NCBI GenBank assembly: GCA_937863565.1
Contig: CALMGJ010000011.1
Span: 186,001-234,215, forward strand
Reading direction: 5' to 3'
Length of the DNA stretch: 48,215 nt
DNA from: an uncultured bacterium
GTDB lineage: Bacteria; AUK180
The translations under genes and the position numbers were made by a program. Within the stretch, counting starts at the first letter, position 1. The number at the start of each line of letters is the position of its first letter. This document shows, one piece after another, positions 21,201 to 29,878 of this stretch. The notes under the pieces were generated by a model that was not told the DNA's origin, made no database searches, and was given only the letters and a program-made list of their open reading frames with translations.

Positions 21201-22301
21201 GCGCTTAATAATATCGGCATTGTCCATACAAGAATGGGGGCCTATGACAAAGCAAAAGAATGTCTTACCGAAACGCTGAGACTAGCCGAGCAGACAAAGA
21301 ACAGGCATATGCAAAGTTATGCCTACGGGAATATCGGAGTGATCTATTACCATAAAGGCCTGATGAGGGACGCATTGAAATACTTCAAGCTCTGGCTGGA
21401 CCTATCTCGCGAAATATACGAATACTCAAGCCAATTGACCGTATTAGGGAATCTGGGAACCGTGTATAATAACCTGAGAAGGTTTAAAACGGCCCTTAAA
21501 TACCACACCAGACAATATGATCTTGCGCTCAAAGTGGGAAATATGGAAAGCCAGGCCATGGCCCTCGGGAATATCGGAGTGATCGAATGGCAGCAGGGGA
21601 AATTGAGATCCGCCAGAGAATACTATCAGAAACAGATCGAACTCTCCGAGAAGCATGGCTTTACAAATATGTACGGCCGAGCGCTGGGGAATCTCGGCCT
21701 TGTTCTCAGCGATCTTGAAGATCATGCGTCCGCGGAAAAATGCTATTTGAAAAAACTTGAGATAAACAGGGAACAGAACAATAGAGGCAGCGAAGCGCTC
21801 ACATGCTGCTTTTTGGGAAATCTTTACAGGAAAACGGGAAAGACGGAAAAGGCGCTGGAATTCTTCGATAAAGCGATCGGGATAAATACGGAAATAGGCG
21901 CAACAGCACCCCTGGGAGACAGTTATAAGGATCTGGCAAAAGTATATAAAAAGCAAGGCGATCTTGAAAAGATGCGGGAGTGTATTTTAAAAGCGATTGA
22001 TGTATTGGAAAAAGCGAATATTTCGGAAAAATTATTCGAACCCCTTGTCATGAAATACGAATTGGAATACAAAGAGGATCCCCGCCGCTCCGAAGCGAAT
22101 CTGAAAAATATGCTGAAAAAATATAAAAAGAACACAGAAAAAGGAATGATATACCACCGGCTGTTCCTTTTGACAAAGAAGAGAGTATACGGAGAAAAAG
22201 CGCTCGATATCTTCCTCGTTATCATAAAAACAAGAGAAGAAAAAGAATATTTAAAAACCATTTCAGAGATCAAAGCCAAACTAAAAAAATATAGAACGTA
22301 A
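18279..22301 (+). CDS. adenylate/guanylate cyclase-STAND NTPase-TPR protein (NLR-like architecture)
   Basis: cyclase SIDITGFT..FAGDA; second degenerate cyclase (GDKG, VNLSARI); Walker A GPAGMGKS; Walker B VIDDAQW; GGNPFY, FHHALI; long C-terminal TPR array; ATG 18306 is an alternative start. Confidence 0.92.
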   Translation: MLSTDCNSSMKKLITSFIHDNYKAGKKSGSFYGSVLSIDITGFTALTEHLFKKGTEGAELLSDIINTVFEETIEAVYKENGFITTFAGDAFTAIFPDDDPAAGRAIRAAGRMNGYIISLKPFAAGRRKVKITARIGIASGKVKWNIFCGKRQCVPLFSGKPIQEAALLQSKAIPGTIGFGPPGKTLEVKSKERKITKIRGSSRALTAEILKKFIPDPILFFSSPGEFKNITSVFIAVDHERYEISRFISFVSDLAIKHGGILNMAEFGDKGAVCLVIFGAPLAIEKHSVKALDFAFELKNNFPGNRIGIAEGTVFSGFIGNPKYREEYTSLGSVVNLSARIAVGAEPGKLIIDGRTAASVSDEYKITAGREIKYKGIDRPVTVHEALSKKSRASHKAGTYFGRKKEISALKTFIDDIAGGKRAGLRIIAGPAGMGKSSLAEKIITYAEKTLNSILMFKGNEFRDSELYGIADFLMKAIGLREDMTLNEKQTLFEKNFPRFTGRAFGGGKVPASVKKNKLFIADLLGIPPSSLQASAISPFAKHRIILSVLTEIFAAFAEKGKCLFVIDDAQWLDTGTKNLFESVLSVAQGHLPSFLIMTREKAQREFFRTKRDMTTGTIDLECLGPEDIRGHAGSLISGEPSKELYGFIAKRSGGNPFYIEQICEYLKENGLLKNVNGKTSMIKKDTMIPAGISDLIISRIDKLETEVRRGVVDASVLGLEFSLKVLSEMLRMRNIKSLLAGGENENIWRPASELNYIFHHALIKDAVYGTQLKKTLRSLHLLAGKAMEKVHRGNTAPIAAILAHHFSVADLKEKTLHYLFDAAIYAKSNYWNDSAMKYFDECMKYTDDPERMMCILHNKGEILVSMARYAEATEIYSNAFKIAERSGNNIYLGKLSNGLGDIAWRRGDFKKAQKYLDSSFKYFKSGKDRSGEASVNGTFGNIELSRGNLKQAMANYKKWSDYAKGNDLPMYIKALNNIGIVHTRMGAYDKAKECLTETLRLAEQTKNRHMQSYAYGNIGVIYYHKGLMRDALKYFKLWLDLSREIYEYSSQLTVLGNLGTVYNNLRRFKTALKYHTRQYDLALKVGNMESQAMALGNIGVIEWQQGKLRSAREYYQKQIELSEKHGFTNMYGRALGNLGLVLSDLEDHASAEKCYLKKLEINREQNNRGSEALTCCFLGNLYRKTGKTEKALEFFDKAIGINTEIGATAPLGDSYKDLAKVYKKQGDLEKMRECILKAIDVLEKANISEKLFEPLVMKYELEYKEDPRRSEANLKNMLKKYKKNTEKGMIYHRLFLLTKKRVYGEKALDIFLVIIKTREEKEYLKTISEIKAKLKKYRT

Positions 22302-22393
22302 AAATCTGCGATAAAAGGCAAAGATAAATTAAACGCTTCCACCCTCGGCCTTGTTTCAATGCTTAATTTAAATATTTTAATGCAATAAAATCA

Positions 22394-22422
22394 TTGAAAA
22401 AATCGGCGAAAAGTGTTAAAAT
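22394..22422 (+). promoter_or_regulatory. sigma70 promoter for the epimerase operon
   Basis: TTGAAA 22394-22399, 17 nt, TG-T-TAAAAT; GAGGTG RBS downstream. Confidence 0.65.
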
Positions 22423-22447
22423 TCCCTTTATTCAGAAGAGGTGAGTA

Positions 22448-23470
22448 ATGAACATACTCGTTACCGGCGGAGCCGGTTTCATCGGAACGAATACGGTGGA
22501 AAGGTTCGCGAAAAAAGCCGAAAAGATAGTTGTATTGGACGATCTTTCAAGAAAAGGCACGATGACCAATCTGACTTATCTGAAGGAGAATATAAAAAAC
22601 CTCGTTTTTGTAAAGGGAAGCGTCGCGGATTTCGACAAGGTCCTTTCCGTCTATAAAAAGTACAGGTTCGGGATTGTTTTCCATCTTGCCGCGCAAGTTG
22701 CGGTAACAACATCGGTGACGGACCCGAGAACCGATTTCGAGGTCAATGCGCTTGGCGCCTTCAATATGCTCGAAGGGGCCAGACTGACGGGGCAGAAACC
22801 CGTGATGCTGTATTCCTCGACGAACAAGGTCTACGGCGGCATGGAAGAAGTTGCCATCATCAAAAAAGACAAAAAGCATTACGGGTACAGGGATTTCCCG
22901 AAAGGCATTTCCGAGGATTTCCCCCTCGATTTCCATTCTCCGTACGGCTGTTCGAAGGGCACGGGAGATCAGTATTTTATCGATTATGCTAGGATATACG
23001 GGTTCAAGACGGTCGTTTTCAGACAATCCTGCATTTACGGCGACCATCAGTGGGGCAATGAGGACCAGGGCTGGGTGGCCCACTTTCTCATCTCGGCGAT
23101 CAAGGGAAGGAAGATATCAATATACGGCGACGGCCTTCAAGTGCGCGACATACTCTATGTGCGGGACCTTGTGGACCTCTACGAGGCCGCGGTCTGCGAT
23201 ATAGGAAAAGTAAGCGGAAAAGCGTTCAATGTCGGTGGCGGGCCCGGGAACGTGATCTCCCTTCTCGAGTTTCTGGACATTCTCGAGGACCTTACCGGGA
23301 AAAAGGTGAAATACTCTTTCGGGAAATGGCGCCCCGGCGACCAGAAGGCGTATATATCCAATATCGCGAAAGTGAAAAGGACGCTCGGCTGGGAACCTAA
23401 ATACGGCAAGAAAAGGGGTATCGCCAAACTGTACGGATGGCTCATCGACAATAAGGGGAAACTCAAATGA
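22448..23470 (+). CDS. NAD-dependent epimerase (CDP-paratose 2-epimerase-like)
   Basis: TGGAGFIG, HLAAQVAVTTS, SSTNKVYG, SPYGCSK, FRQSCIYG, EDQGWV, WRPGDQ. Confidence 0.9.
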   Translation: MNILVTGGAGFIGTNTVERFAKKAEKIVVLDDLSRKGTMTNLTYLKENIKNLVFVKGSVADFDKVLSVYKKYRFGIVFHLAAQVAVTTSVTDPRTDFEVNALGAFNMLEGARLTGQKPVMLYSSTNKVYGGMEEVAIIKKDKKHYGYRDFPKGISEDFPLDFHSPYGCSKGTGDQYFIDYARIYGFKTVVFRQSCIYGDHQWGNEDQGWVAHFLISAIKGRKISIYGDGLQVRDILYVRDLVDLYEAAVCDIGKVSGKAFNVGGGPGNVISLLEFLDILEDLTGKKVKYSFGKWRPGDQKAYISNIAKVKRTLGWEPKYGKKRGIAKLYGWLIDNKGKLK

Positions 23471-24432
23471 AATACCTTGTAACGGGCGGCGCGGGCTTTA
23501 TCGGATCAAATCTTTCAAGATACCTCATCAAAAAAGGCGCGAGGGTTTGCGTGCTGGACGATCTCTCTACCGGGCTCTTCGAGAACATCCGGGACCTCGA
23601 GCATCATAAGGACTTCGAGTTCATCCTCGATTCGATCCTCAATTTCGAGATCCTTGAAAAAGCGGTCAAGAAATGCAATGCGATATTCCACCTTGCCGCC
23701 GCAGTCGGCGTTGAATACATCATCAACAATCCTTTGAGATCGATCGAGGTGAACGTACAGGGAACGGAAAATGTGCTGAAGCTTGCCAATAAATACAAGA
23801 AACCGGTTCTTCTGGCATCTACCTCCGAGATATACGGAAAGAACGAAAAGGACCAGCTCCACGAGGAGGATAACAGGATACTCGGCTCCACGACGATCTC
23901 GAGATGGAGCTATTCGAATACGAAAGCGCTGGACGAGTTCCTTGCCCTTGCATATTATCGCGAGAAAAAACTCCCCGTTGTGATCGTGCGGCTCTTCAAT
24001 ACGACGGGGCCGGGGCAGGTCGGGGATTACGGAATGGTAGTGCCCCGCTTCATCAAGCAGGCGCTTTTAAATAAACCCATCACGATATACGGCAACGGGA
24101 AACAAACGAGATGTTTCACTCACGTGAAAGATGTGGTGAGAGCGCTTTTCGATCTCCTCTCGGACGAGAAATCCGCAGGAAAGATCTTCAATGTGGGCAA
24201 TCCCGAAGAAGTAACGATAAAAGAACTTGCGGAGAAAGTAAAGAAGGCTACGGGGTCAACATCCGAGATCATCTTCATCCCGTATGAAAAAGTGATGGGC
24301 CCGAATTTCGAGGATATGAAAAGAAGGGTACCGGATATAAAGAAGATAGGCAAACAGATCGGCTGGAAACCGACCCTGAACCTCGACCATATAATCAAGG
24401 ACATCATAGAACATCAGGAAAAGGGAGAATAG
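23467..24432 (+). CDS. NAD-dependent nucleotide-sugar epimerase/dehydratase
   Basis: TGGAGFIG, HLAAAVGV, ASTSEIYG, RWSY..TK, RLFNT.GP, QTRCF; ATGA overlap. Confidence 0.92.
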   Translation: MKYLVTGGAGFIGSNLSRYLIKKGARVCVLDDLSTGLFENIRDLEHHKDFEFILDSILNFEILEKAVKKCNAIFHLAAAVGVEYIINNPLRSIEVNVQGTENVLKLANKYKKPVLLASTSEIYGKNEKDQLHEEDNRILGSTTISRWSYSNTKALDEFLALAYYREKKLPVVIVRLFNTTGPGQVGDYGMVVPRFIKQALLNKPITIYGNGKQTRCFTHVKDVVRALFDLLSDEKSAGKIFNVGNPEEVTIKELAEKVKKATGSTSEIIFIPYEKVMGPNFEDMKRRVPDIKKIGKQIGWKPTLNLDHIIKDIIEHQEKGE

Positions 24433-24442
24433 GGAGAACGAT

Positions 24443-25549
24443 ATGAAAATAACGGTGACGGGCGGCGCGGGTTTCATCGGTTCGCATCTGACCGACCTTC
24501 TTGTCGGGAAAGGGCACGATGTGCTGGTCGTGGATTCGCTCGAAAAACAGGTCCATCTCGGGAAAAAACCCGGCTACCTGAACAGGAAGGCGAAGTATAT
24601 CTTCGAGAAGGCCGAAAATCCGGAAGCAATGAAAAAATATCTTCCGCGCACCGACATACTCATACATCTTGCAGCGCTGGTCGGCGTGGGTCAATCGATG
24701 TATCAGATCAAAAAGTATATGGCCGGCAATACCCAGGCCACGGCAAAAATACTGCAGTATATCTCGGAGAACAAACACGGCTTGAAGAAGATCGTCGTTG
24801 CCTCTTCGATGTCGATATACGGCGAGGGCGCTTATAAATGCCCTCAGCACGGCGCGGTCTATCCCAGGCTCCGGGATGAACGGGATCTTGCGCGCGGCGA
24901 CTGGGAGATGAAATGCCCGGTCTGCGGGAAAGCCGTTGCCGCCGCTCCCACGAACGAGGACAAACCCCTCTACCCCACGTCCATATATGCGATAAGCAAA
25001 AGGGACCAGGAGGAAATGACGCATTCGGTCGGTTCCGCATACGGCATCCCGACTGTAGCGCTGAGATTTTTCAATGTTTACGGCGAGCGGCAGGCTCTTT
25101 CAAATCCGTATACAGGCGTTCTGGCCATTTTCGCCTCAAGGCTTCTGAACGGCAATTCCCCGTATATTTTCGAGGACGCCGAACAGACGAGGGACTTCAT
25201 CTATGTGAAAGACCTTGCCCGGGGAATATATCTTGCGGCGCTGAAGGCAGAGGGGAATTCATCGATAAATCTCGGCTGCGGGAGGCCGGTCTCCGTCAAA
25301 AGAGTGGCCGGGGCTCTGAGGGACGCACTTGCACCGGCGGTGAAGATCGAGATAGCGCGGAAATTCAGAAAGGGCGATATCAGGCATTGCTATGCCGATG
25401 CGGCCCTTGCGGAGAAGGTCATCGGTTTCAAGACGGGAACATCGTTCGAAGAAGGCATCGGAACATATCTTGAATGGCTGAAACACCAGAAGGCGGCCGA
25501 CGGCTTCGAAAAAGCGGCAAGAGAACTGAAAGCAAAGGGGCTTGCCTGA
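24443..25549 (+). CDS. NAD-dependent epimerase (dTDP-L-rhamnose 4-epimerase-like) with a Cys/His insertion
   Basis: TGGAGFIG, VGVGQSMY, ASSMSIYGEG.Y.CPQHG...CPVC, YAISK, SNPYTGV, GDIRHC. Confidence 0.88.
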   Translation: MKITVTGGAGFIGSHLTDLLVGKGHDVLVVDSLEKQVHLGKKPGYLNRKAKYIFEKAENPEAMKKYLPRTDILIHLAALVGVGQSMYQIKKYMAGNTQATAKILQYISENKHGLKKIVVASSMSIYGEGAYKCPQHGAVYPRLRDERDLARGDWEMKCPVCGKAVAAAPTNEDKPLYPTSIYAISKRDQEEMTHSVGSAYGIPTVALRFFNVYGERQALSNPYTGVLAIFASRLLNGNSPYIFEDAEQTRDFIYVKDLARGIYLAALKAEGNSSINLGCGRPVSVKRVAGALRDALAPAVKIEIARKFRKGDIRHCYADAALAEKVIGFKTGTSFEEGIGTYLEWLKHQKAADGFEKAARELKAKGLA

Positions 25550-26058
25550 TGGGTTCTCCCCTCTCTCTCATTAAATTCACGGATGAGGACATCGTTTCCA
25601 TAATAGACGGGATCGCCGCCGGCGCAAAGAACATTTTTCTTTACATGAACGGGCACAGACGGATAGAGATGCCCTATATACCGGTCCCGGGCTACAGGCA
25701 GATCATCTATTTCTTTAAAAGGGATCCGGAACTTGCGGGATATTTTCAAGAGGAGCTTGCCGATCCGGAAAAAAATATCATGCAACTCAAGGACGCATAT
25801 ATCATGCTCAACTATTCGGGGGACATCAAGGCCATGAAAGAGCTTTATCCATGCCTTCCCGCGGATTTCATATTAAAAAGAGCGCTCGGGAATTCGGAAG
25901 AGTTCGGGATTATGGCAAGAAATCTGGAAAAGGTCATTAACTCCAATAAAAGATACGACCCCCTCAAGGGAAGCCGTATCGTAAAAGCGCTTCTCGATCT
26001 GGCAAGGAACGCGAACAAGATAAGGGAGATATGGAAAAAAATAAAAGAACGGTCCTGA
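25549..26058 (+). CDS. hypothetical protein
   Basis: ATG 25549 overlaps the upstream TGA; fills the operon gap; no family recognised. Confidence 0.65.
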   Translation: MGSPLSLIKFTDEDIVSIIDGIAAGAKNIFLYMNGHRRIEMPYIPVPGYRQIIYFFKRDPELAGYFQEELADPEKNIMQLKDAYIMLNYSGDIKAMKELYPCLPADFILKRALGNSEEFGIMARNLEKVINSNKRYDPLKGSRIVKALLDLARNANKIREIWKKIKERS

Positions 26059-26540
26059 CCGTTCTCGCGCTTTTTCTCGCCGTTTCCTGCGCGGGTCCCG
26101 GAACGGCCGTGAAACGGGCGCGCACGACCCTCTCCGGATTAAATGACCTTCCCGGCGACACGGAGAAGCTCGGAGCGCTGGCCTCGATAAGGTCGGAACT
26201 CGGCCCTTATGTGGAAAAGGGCGCAAGGAACGAAGAGGCCTATATCGTATATATAAATATGCTCTACGAAACGGCTCTTCTCGAGCCCGGGAACCGGAAA
26301 GATCATTACGGGAATGCCTCCTTGACCGCGCTTCTTTGGAAAAAGGTATTTCCGGGCAGCGTGATCGCCAATTATTATATAGCCAAATCGCTTTATCTTA
26401 CCGAATCGAAAGAACCCGAAGTGATAAAAAAAATAACCGGGAATGCGCTTTTTGCCGCGAAGAACCTCCCGGCTGAAAAATTCAGTGCGGAAATAGCGGA
26501 ATTGAAGGATATTCTGGAGGATCTTGATCCCGTACATTAA
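26031..26540 (+). CDS. putative lipoprotein (helical)
   Basis: GGGAG RBS; signal peptide ending LAVSC. Confidence 0.7.
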   Translation: MEKNKRTVLTVLALFLAVSCAGPGTAVKRARTTLSGLNDLPGDTEKLGALASIRSELGPYVEKGARNEEAYIVYINMLYETALLEPGNRKDHYGNASLTALLWKKVFPGSVIANYYIAKSLYLTESKEPEVIKKITGNALFAAKNLPAEKFSAEIAELKDILEDLDPVH

Positions 26541-27747
26541 AATATTCCTCATCGTCTCCGTCTTCATCTGGATGTCCGTTAAAAAAAAGCCGCTTTTCCT
26601 TACGCTTCTTTCCCTCACCCTTCTTCTCGGGATCTTTTTCCTGCCCCCGAAAGAGATACTGGCCGGCATCTTCCGCGGGACTTTCTCGGGCGGCACATTG
26701 AACCTTGTTCTTCTTATTTGGATTACAGTTAGTTTTACCGCCCTGATAGACGAAGGCAGGACGATCGAGCAGGCGAGCCTTATTCTGAACGGCTCATCCG
26801 CTTCCCCCGCATTCATACTTCCGGTCTTTCCCGCGATAATCGGCCTCTTCCCGATGCCGGGCGGAGCCCTGGTATCCGCTCCGATGCTGGAAAAACTGGC
26901 AGAAGATAAAAAGATCGCGCCAGAATCGAAGGCTGTGGTCAATTTCTGGTTCAGACATCTGTGGGAGCCGATATGGCCCCTGTACCCGGGCATCATTCTG
27001 ATGATGGGATATTTCGACCTTTCGGTGGGGCAGGTGTTCGCCAAACAATTCTTCTTAACCCTTCTTTCCATTGCCGGCGGTATCGCCTTTCTTCTTTTGC
27101 CTCAGGCGAAGAACCTGCCCGCAAAAAAAGGGAATGGGCCATTCCCTCTCCTCCGGCTTCTCGGGGAGCTCTGGCCCGTAATACTTCTTGTGGCCGGCGT
27201 CCTTCTCATCCCCAGCGGCCCCCTTTATCTTTCCATCCTTCTCATACTTATTTCGGTAATGTATTCCGTCCTGAAAAAACTCGAGATGAAGAAAATATAC
27301 AATGCAATGAAAAGAGGTTTCTCCCTGAAACTTCTCGCGCTCATCCCCATTATCTTCATATTCAAATACTATGTGGAACATTCCGGATTGAAGGAGGCGA
27401 TAGAAGCCGTTATAACGGGGTCTAATTTTCCCCTGGACCTCGTGATCTTTACGGTGCCGTTCATTTTCGGGATGCTGTTCGGGCTCACGATCGCGTTCAT
27501 CTCGATGTCGGTGCCGCTTCTGATGTCCTTCCTTGTACCGGAACCGGGAAGCGTGAACACATATTATACCACGCTTCTTTTCCTCGGCGGCTATGCCGGA
27601 ATACTTTTCTCTCCGATGCATCTGTGCCTGCTTCTTTCCAAGGAATATTTTAAGGCCTCTCTTTTCAAGATATATCTCAAGATGCTTGCGCCGGGCGCGG
27701 TGCTCATCGCCGCGGGATACCTTCTGAACGTGCTTTTAAACAAGTGA
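26524..27747 (+). CDS. DUF401-family membrane protein
   Basis: PAIIGLFPMPGGALVSAPM, NFWFRHLWE..WPLYPG, SPMHLCL.LS.EYF; multiple TM helices. Confidence 0.85.
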   Translation: MIPYIKIFLIVSVFIWMSVKKKPLFLTLLSLTLLLGIFFLPPKEILAGIFRGTFSGGTLNLVLLIWITVSFTALIDEGRTIEQASLILNGSSASPAFILPVFPAIIGLFPMPGGALVSAPMLEKLAEDKKIAPESKAVVNFWFRHLWEPIWPLYPGIILMMGYFDLSVGQVFAKQFFLTLLSIAGGIAFLLLPQAKNLPAKKGNGPFPLLRLLGELWPVILLVAGVLLIPSGPLYLSILLILISVMYSVLKKLEMKKIYNAMKRGFSLKLLALIPIIFIFKYYVEHSGLKEAIEAVITGSNFPLDLVIFTVPFIFGMLFGLTIAFISMSVPLLMSFLVPEPGSVNTYYTTLLFLGGYAGILFSPMHLCLLLSKEYFKASLFKIYLKMLAPGAVLIAAGYLLNVLLNK

Positions 27748-27754
27748 GAGACGG

Positions 27755-28090
27755 GGCGAAGCGCAGTGAAGAGTTGATAGTTGATAGTTGAGAGTGGATA
27801 GTTGTGAGAAAAGCAGGGAAGAGAGAATAATAAAATAACAATTATACGGTTGTCCGGTTAACGTGTTGACGTAGCAACGCCCCAGGATTAACGGGTTAAA
27901 AAGAAGTGAACAGCGAACAGTGAACAGTGAAAAGAGTTGAGAGTTGAAAGTTAAGAGTTGAAAGTTGGTCGAAACGAAGTGAAAAGCGAAGAGTGAAAAG
28001 AGATAAAAGAGGTTAGAGGCTGGAGGCTAGAGGATAGGGGCGAAATGAAGGGAACAATGAGTAGTGAACAATAATAAATAAATAGTGAAA
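27755..28090 (+). repeat. composite array of degenerate 7-bp and 8-bp tandem repeats
   Basis: heptads GAGTTGA/TAGTTGA, AGTGAAC, GGCTAGA; octads CGGTTGTC-CGGTTAAC-GTGTTGAC; starts with GCGAAGCGC. Confidence 0.8.
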
Positions 28091-28145
28091 AAAAAATTGA
28101 AAATCCGCAGTGGCAGGATCAAGAATATAGAAAAGAAAGTTTAGA

Positions 28146-29489
28146 TCAGAGCTTGGGTCCGGAATTGCAGAGAGAACCTTTGAGCCGGTTCATCTTCACG
28201 GAAAAATCATTATCGGTGAGCTGAAGTTTCTCGATCTTTCTCACCGCATTGATCACGGTAGTATGGTCCTTGCCTCCGAACTCGCTGGCGATCGCGGGAT
28301 ATGAAAGATTGAGAAGTTTTTTCATGAAATACATGGCCACCTGTCTCGGGATAAGGATATTCCTGGTCCTTTTTGTGGATGTGATCTCCGATAAGCGCAC
28401 ATCGAAAAAGGCCGCGGTCTCTTTGAGTATCACATCGATATTGAGCGTATTGGTCGGGAACATATCCCGCAGCAGCTCCCGGATCTCGTCAAGCGTCATC
28501 TTTTTACCGAGAAGTTTCTCGCGTACGGATATCCTCTTTATCGATGTGATAAGATCGCGTACATTGCTTTTTATATTCTGCGAGAGGAAATAGGCGCAAT
28601 CGCTTTCAAGGGAGACGGCATACTCGGACATCCTTTTTGTGAGTATCGAGATCTTGTCGACCTCGGTAGGTGATGTTATCTCCACGGATTGGCCGGAACC
28701 GAAACGGGAAAGAAGGCGCTCTTCGATATCCCGAAGTTCCGATATCGGCCTGTCCGCCGTGAACACGATTGCCTTTGAGCGGTTGTACAGGTTATTGAAC
28801 AGGTGGAAGAACTGCTCCTGCATCCCGAACTTTCCAGTGATGAAATGAATGTCGTCCACGAAGAACATATCGAGGCACTCGTACTTCTCCTTGAACACGT
28901 GCATCTCTTTGCTGTTGATCGCCCGGATCCAGTCATTGGTGAACCCTTCCATTGTGGTGTAGCCGACCTTGAGATCGGGATATTTGCCGCGAACGTGATT
29001 TCCGATGGCCTGTATGATATGGGTTTTTCCGAGGCCGACGCCGCCGTATATGAAAAGCGGGTTGATCGCGCTGTCGGTGAAATTATCGGCAAGATGCCTT
29101 GCATAGCTCACGGCGATCTCGTTGAAGGAACCGACGGCAAGCTTCTCGAAATTGTATTCCGGGTTGAAATAGAAATCGCCGGGCCTTTCCTTGATCGTTT
29201 TAATATAAGAAGCAAGATCGTATCCGCCCTTCTGCGCGGCGCCGGTCTTGGTGATCTTGAAGGCGACGGAGATATCCTTCCCAAGACAGTCCTTTGCCGA
29301 ACCCAGGATTGCATCCCTGTAATTATTGTCGATCCAATCCCGCTTGAACAGAGTGTCTACGCCAAGTTCCAGGCTGTTGTCGCCGAGAGTTAAAAGTTCG
29401 ATCCCCGAGAACCACAGTCCGAACACGCTTGTGCCGAGCCTCTCTTCGATACCCTTCTTGATTAAAGTCCAGATTCGTTCCTTATCCAT
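28146..29489 (-). CDS. dnaA: chromosomal replication initiator protein DnaA
   Basis: NPLFIYGGVGLGKTH, VDDIHF, QEQFFHLFN, RLLSRF, NVRDL, PRQVAMY, FGGKDHTTV. Confidence 0.98.
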   Translation of the reverse strand: MDKERIWTLIKKGIEERLGTSVFGLWFSGIELLTLGDNSLELGVDTLFKRDWIDNNYRDAILGSAKDCLGKDISVAFKITKTGAAQKGGYDLASYIKTIKERPGDFYFNPEYNFEKLAVGSFNEIAVSYARHLADNFTDSAINPLFIYGGVGLGKTHIIQAIGNHVRGKYPDLKVGYTTMEGFTNDWIRAINSKEMHVFKEKYECLDMFFVDDIHFITGKFGMQEQFFHLFNNLYNRSKAIVFTADRPISELRDIEERLLSRFGSGQSVEITSPTEVDKISILTKRMSEYAVSLESDCAYFLSQNIKSNVRDLITSIKRISVREKLLGKKMTLDEIRELLRDMFPTNTLNIDVILKETAAFFDVRLSEITSTKRTRNILIPRQVAMYFMKKLLNLSYPAIASEFGGKDHTTVINAVRKIEKLQLTDNDFSVKMNRLKGSLCNSGPKL

Positions 29490-29878
29490 AAATACAAAGG
29501 CTATTATACCAAATTTTCATTTTAAGTAAAGGGTTTGCCGCTAATGTTGTTTTCATCTTCCGAGTATTTATATCCGATATTGAAGATCCGTTCAAGAGGA
29601 TATCAAGAAAAAAAAACATCGAATAAAAAAGAAGTTAAATATGGAGTCGATATAAATCATAGTATATTCGAGAAATTATTTTTATAGCCCTTTCCGGGCC
29701 ATCCTTATAAATAGGCGATTATTGGGAGCATTTTTACTCTGTGGAAAACCTGTGGAATAGATTTTAAAAACTGTGGATAATATCAGAATGTAATCCAACA
29801 TATAAGAAGATACCCCGGTTTTTAGTTAATTTTTTAGATGTGTAAATCTAAATATAAAAAGCCGTCCATTCGAAATAA
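29490..29878. promoter_or_regulatory. AT-rich dnaA upstream region with promoter and DnaA boxes (candidate oriC or autoregulatory region)
   Basis: TGTGGAAAA 29740-29748, TGTGGAATA 29751-29759, TGTGGATAA 29772-29780; minus-strand TGG-TATAAT (-10 at 29508-29503) 13 nt before the dnaA ATG. Confidence 0.7.

Noticed and set aside
20800..22000. Diversity-generating retroelement acting on the TPR repeats
   Set aside because: No reverse transcriptase in the window, and no template/variable repeat pair differing at adenines was seen.
27755..28090. Repeat arrays (here and at 33410-33895) as CRISPR
   Set aside because: The period is 7-8 bp with no 23-47 bp repeat/spacer alternation, and no cas genes are present.
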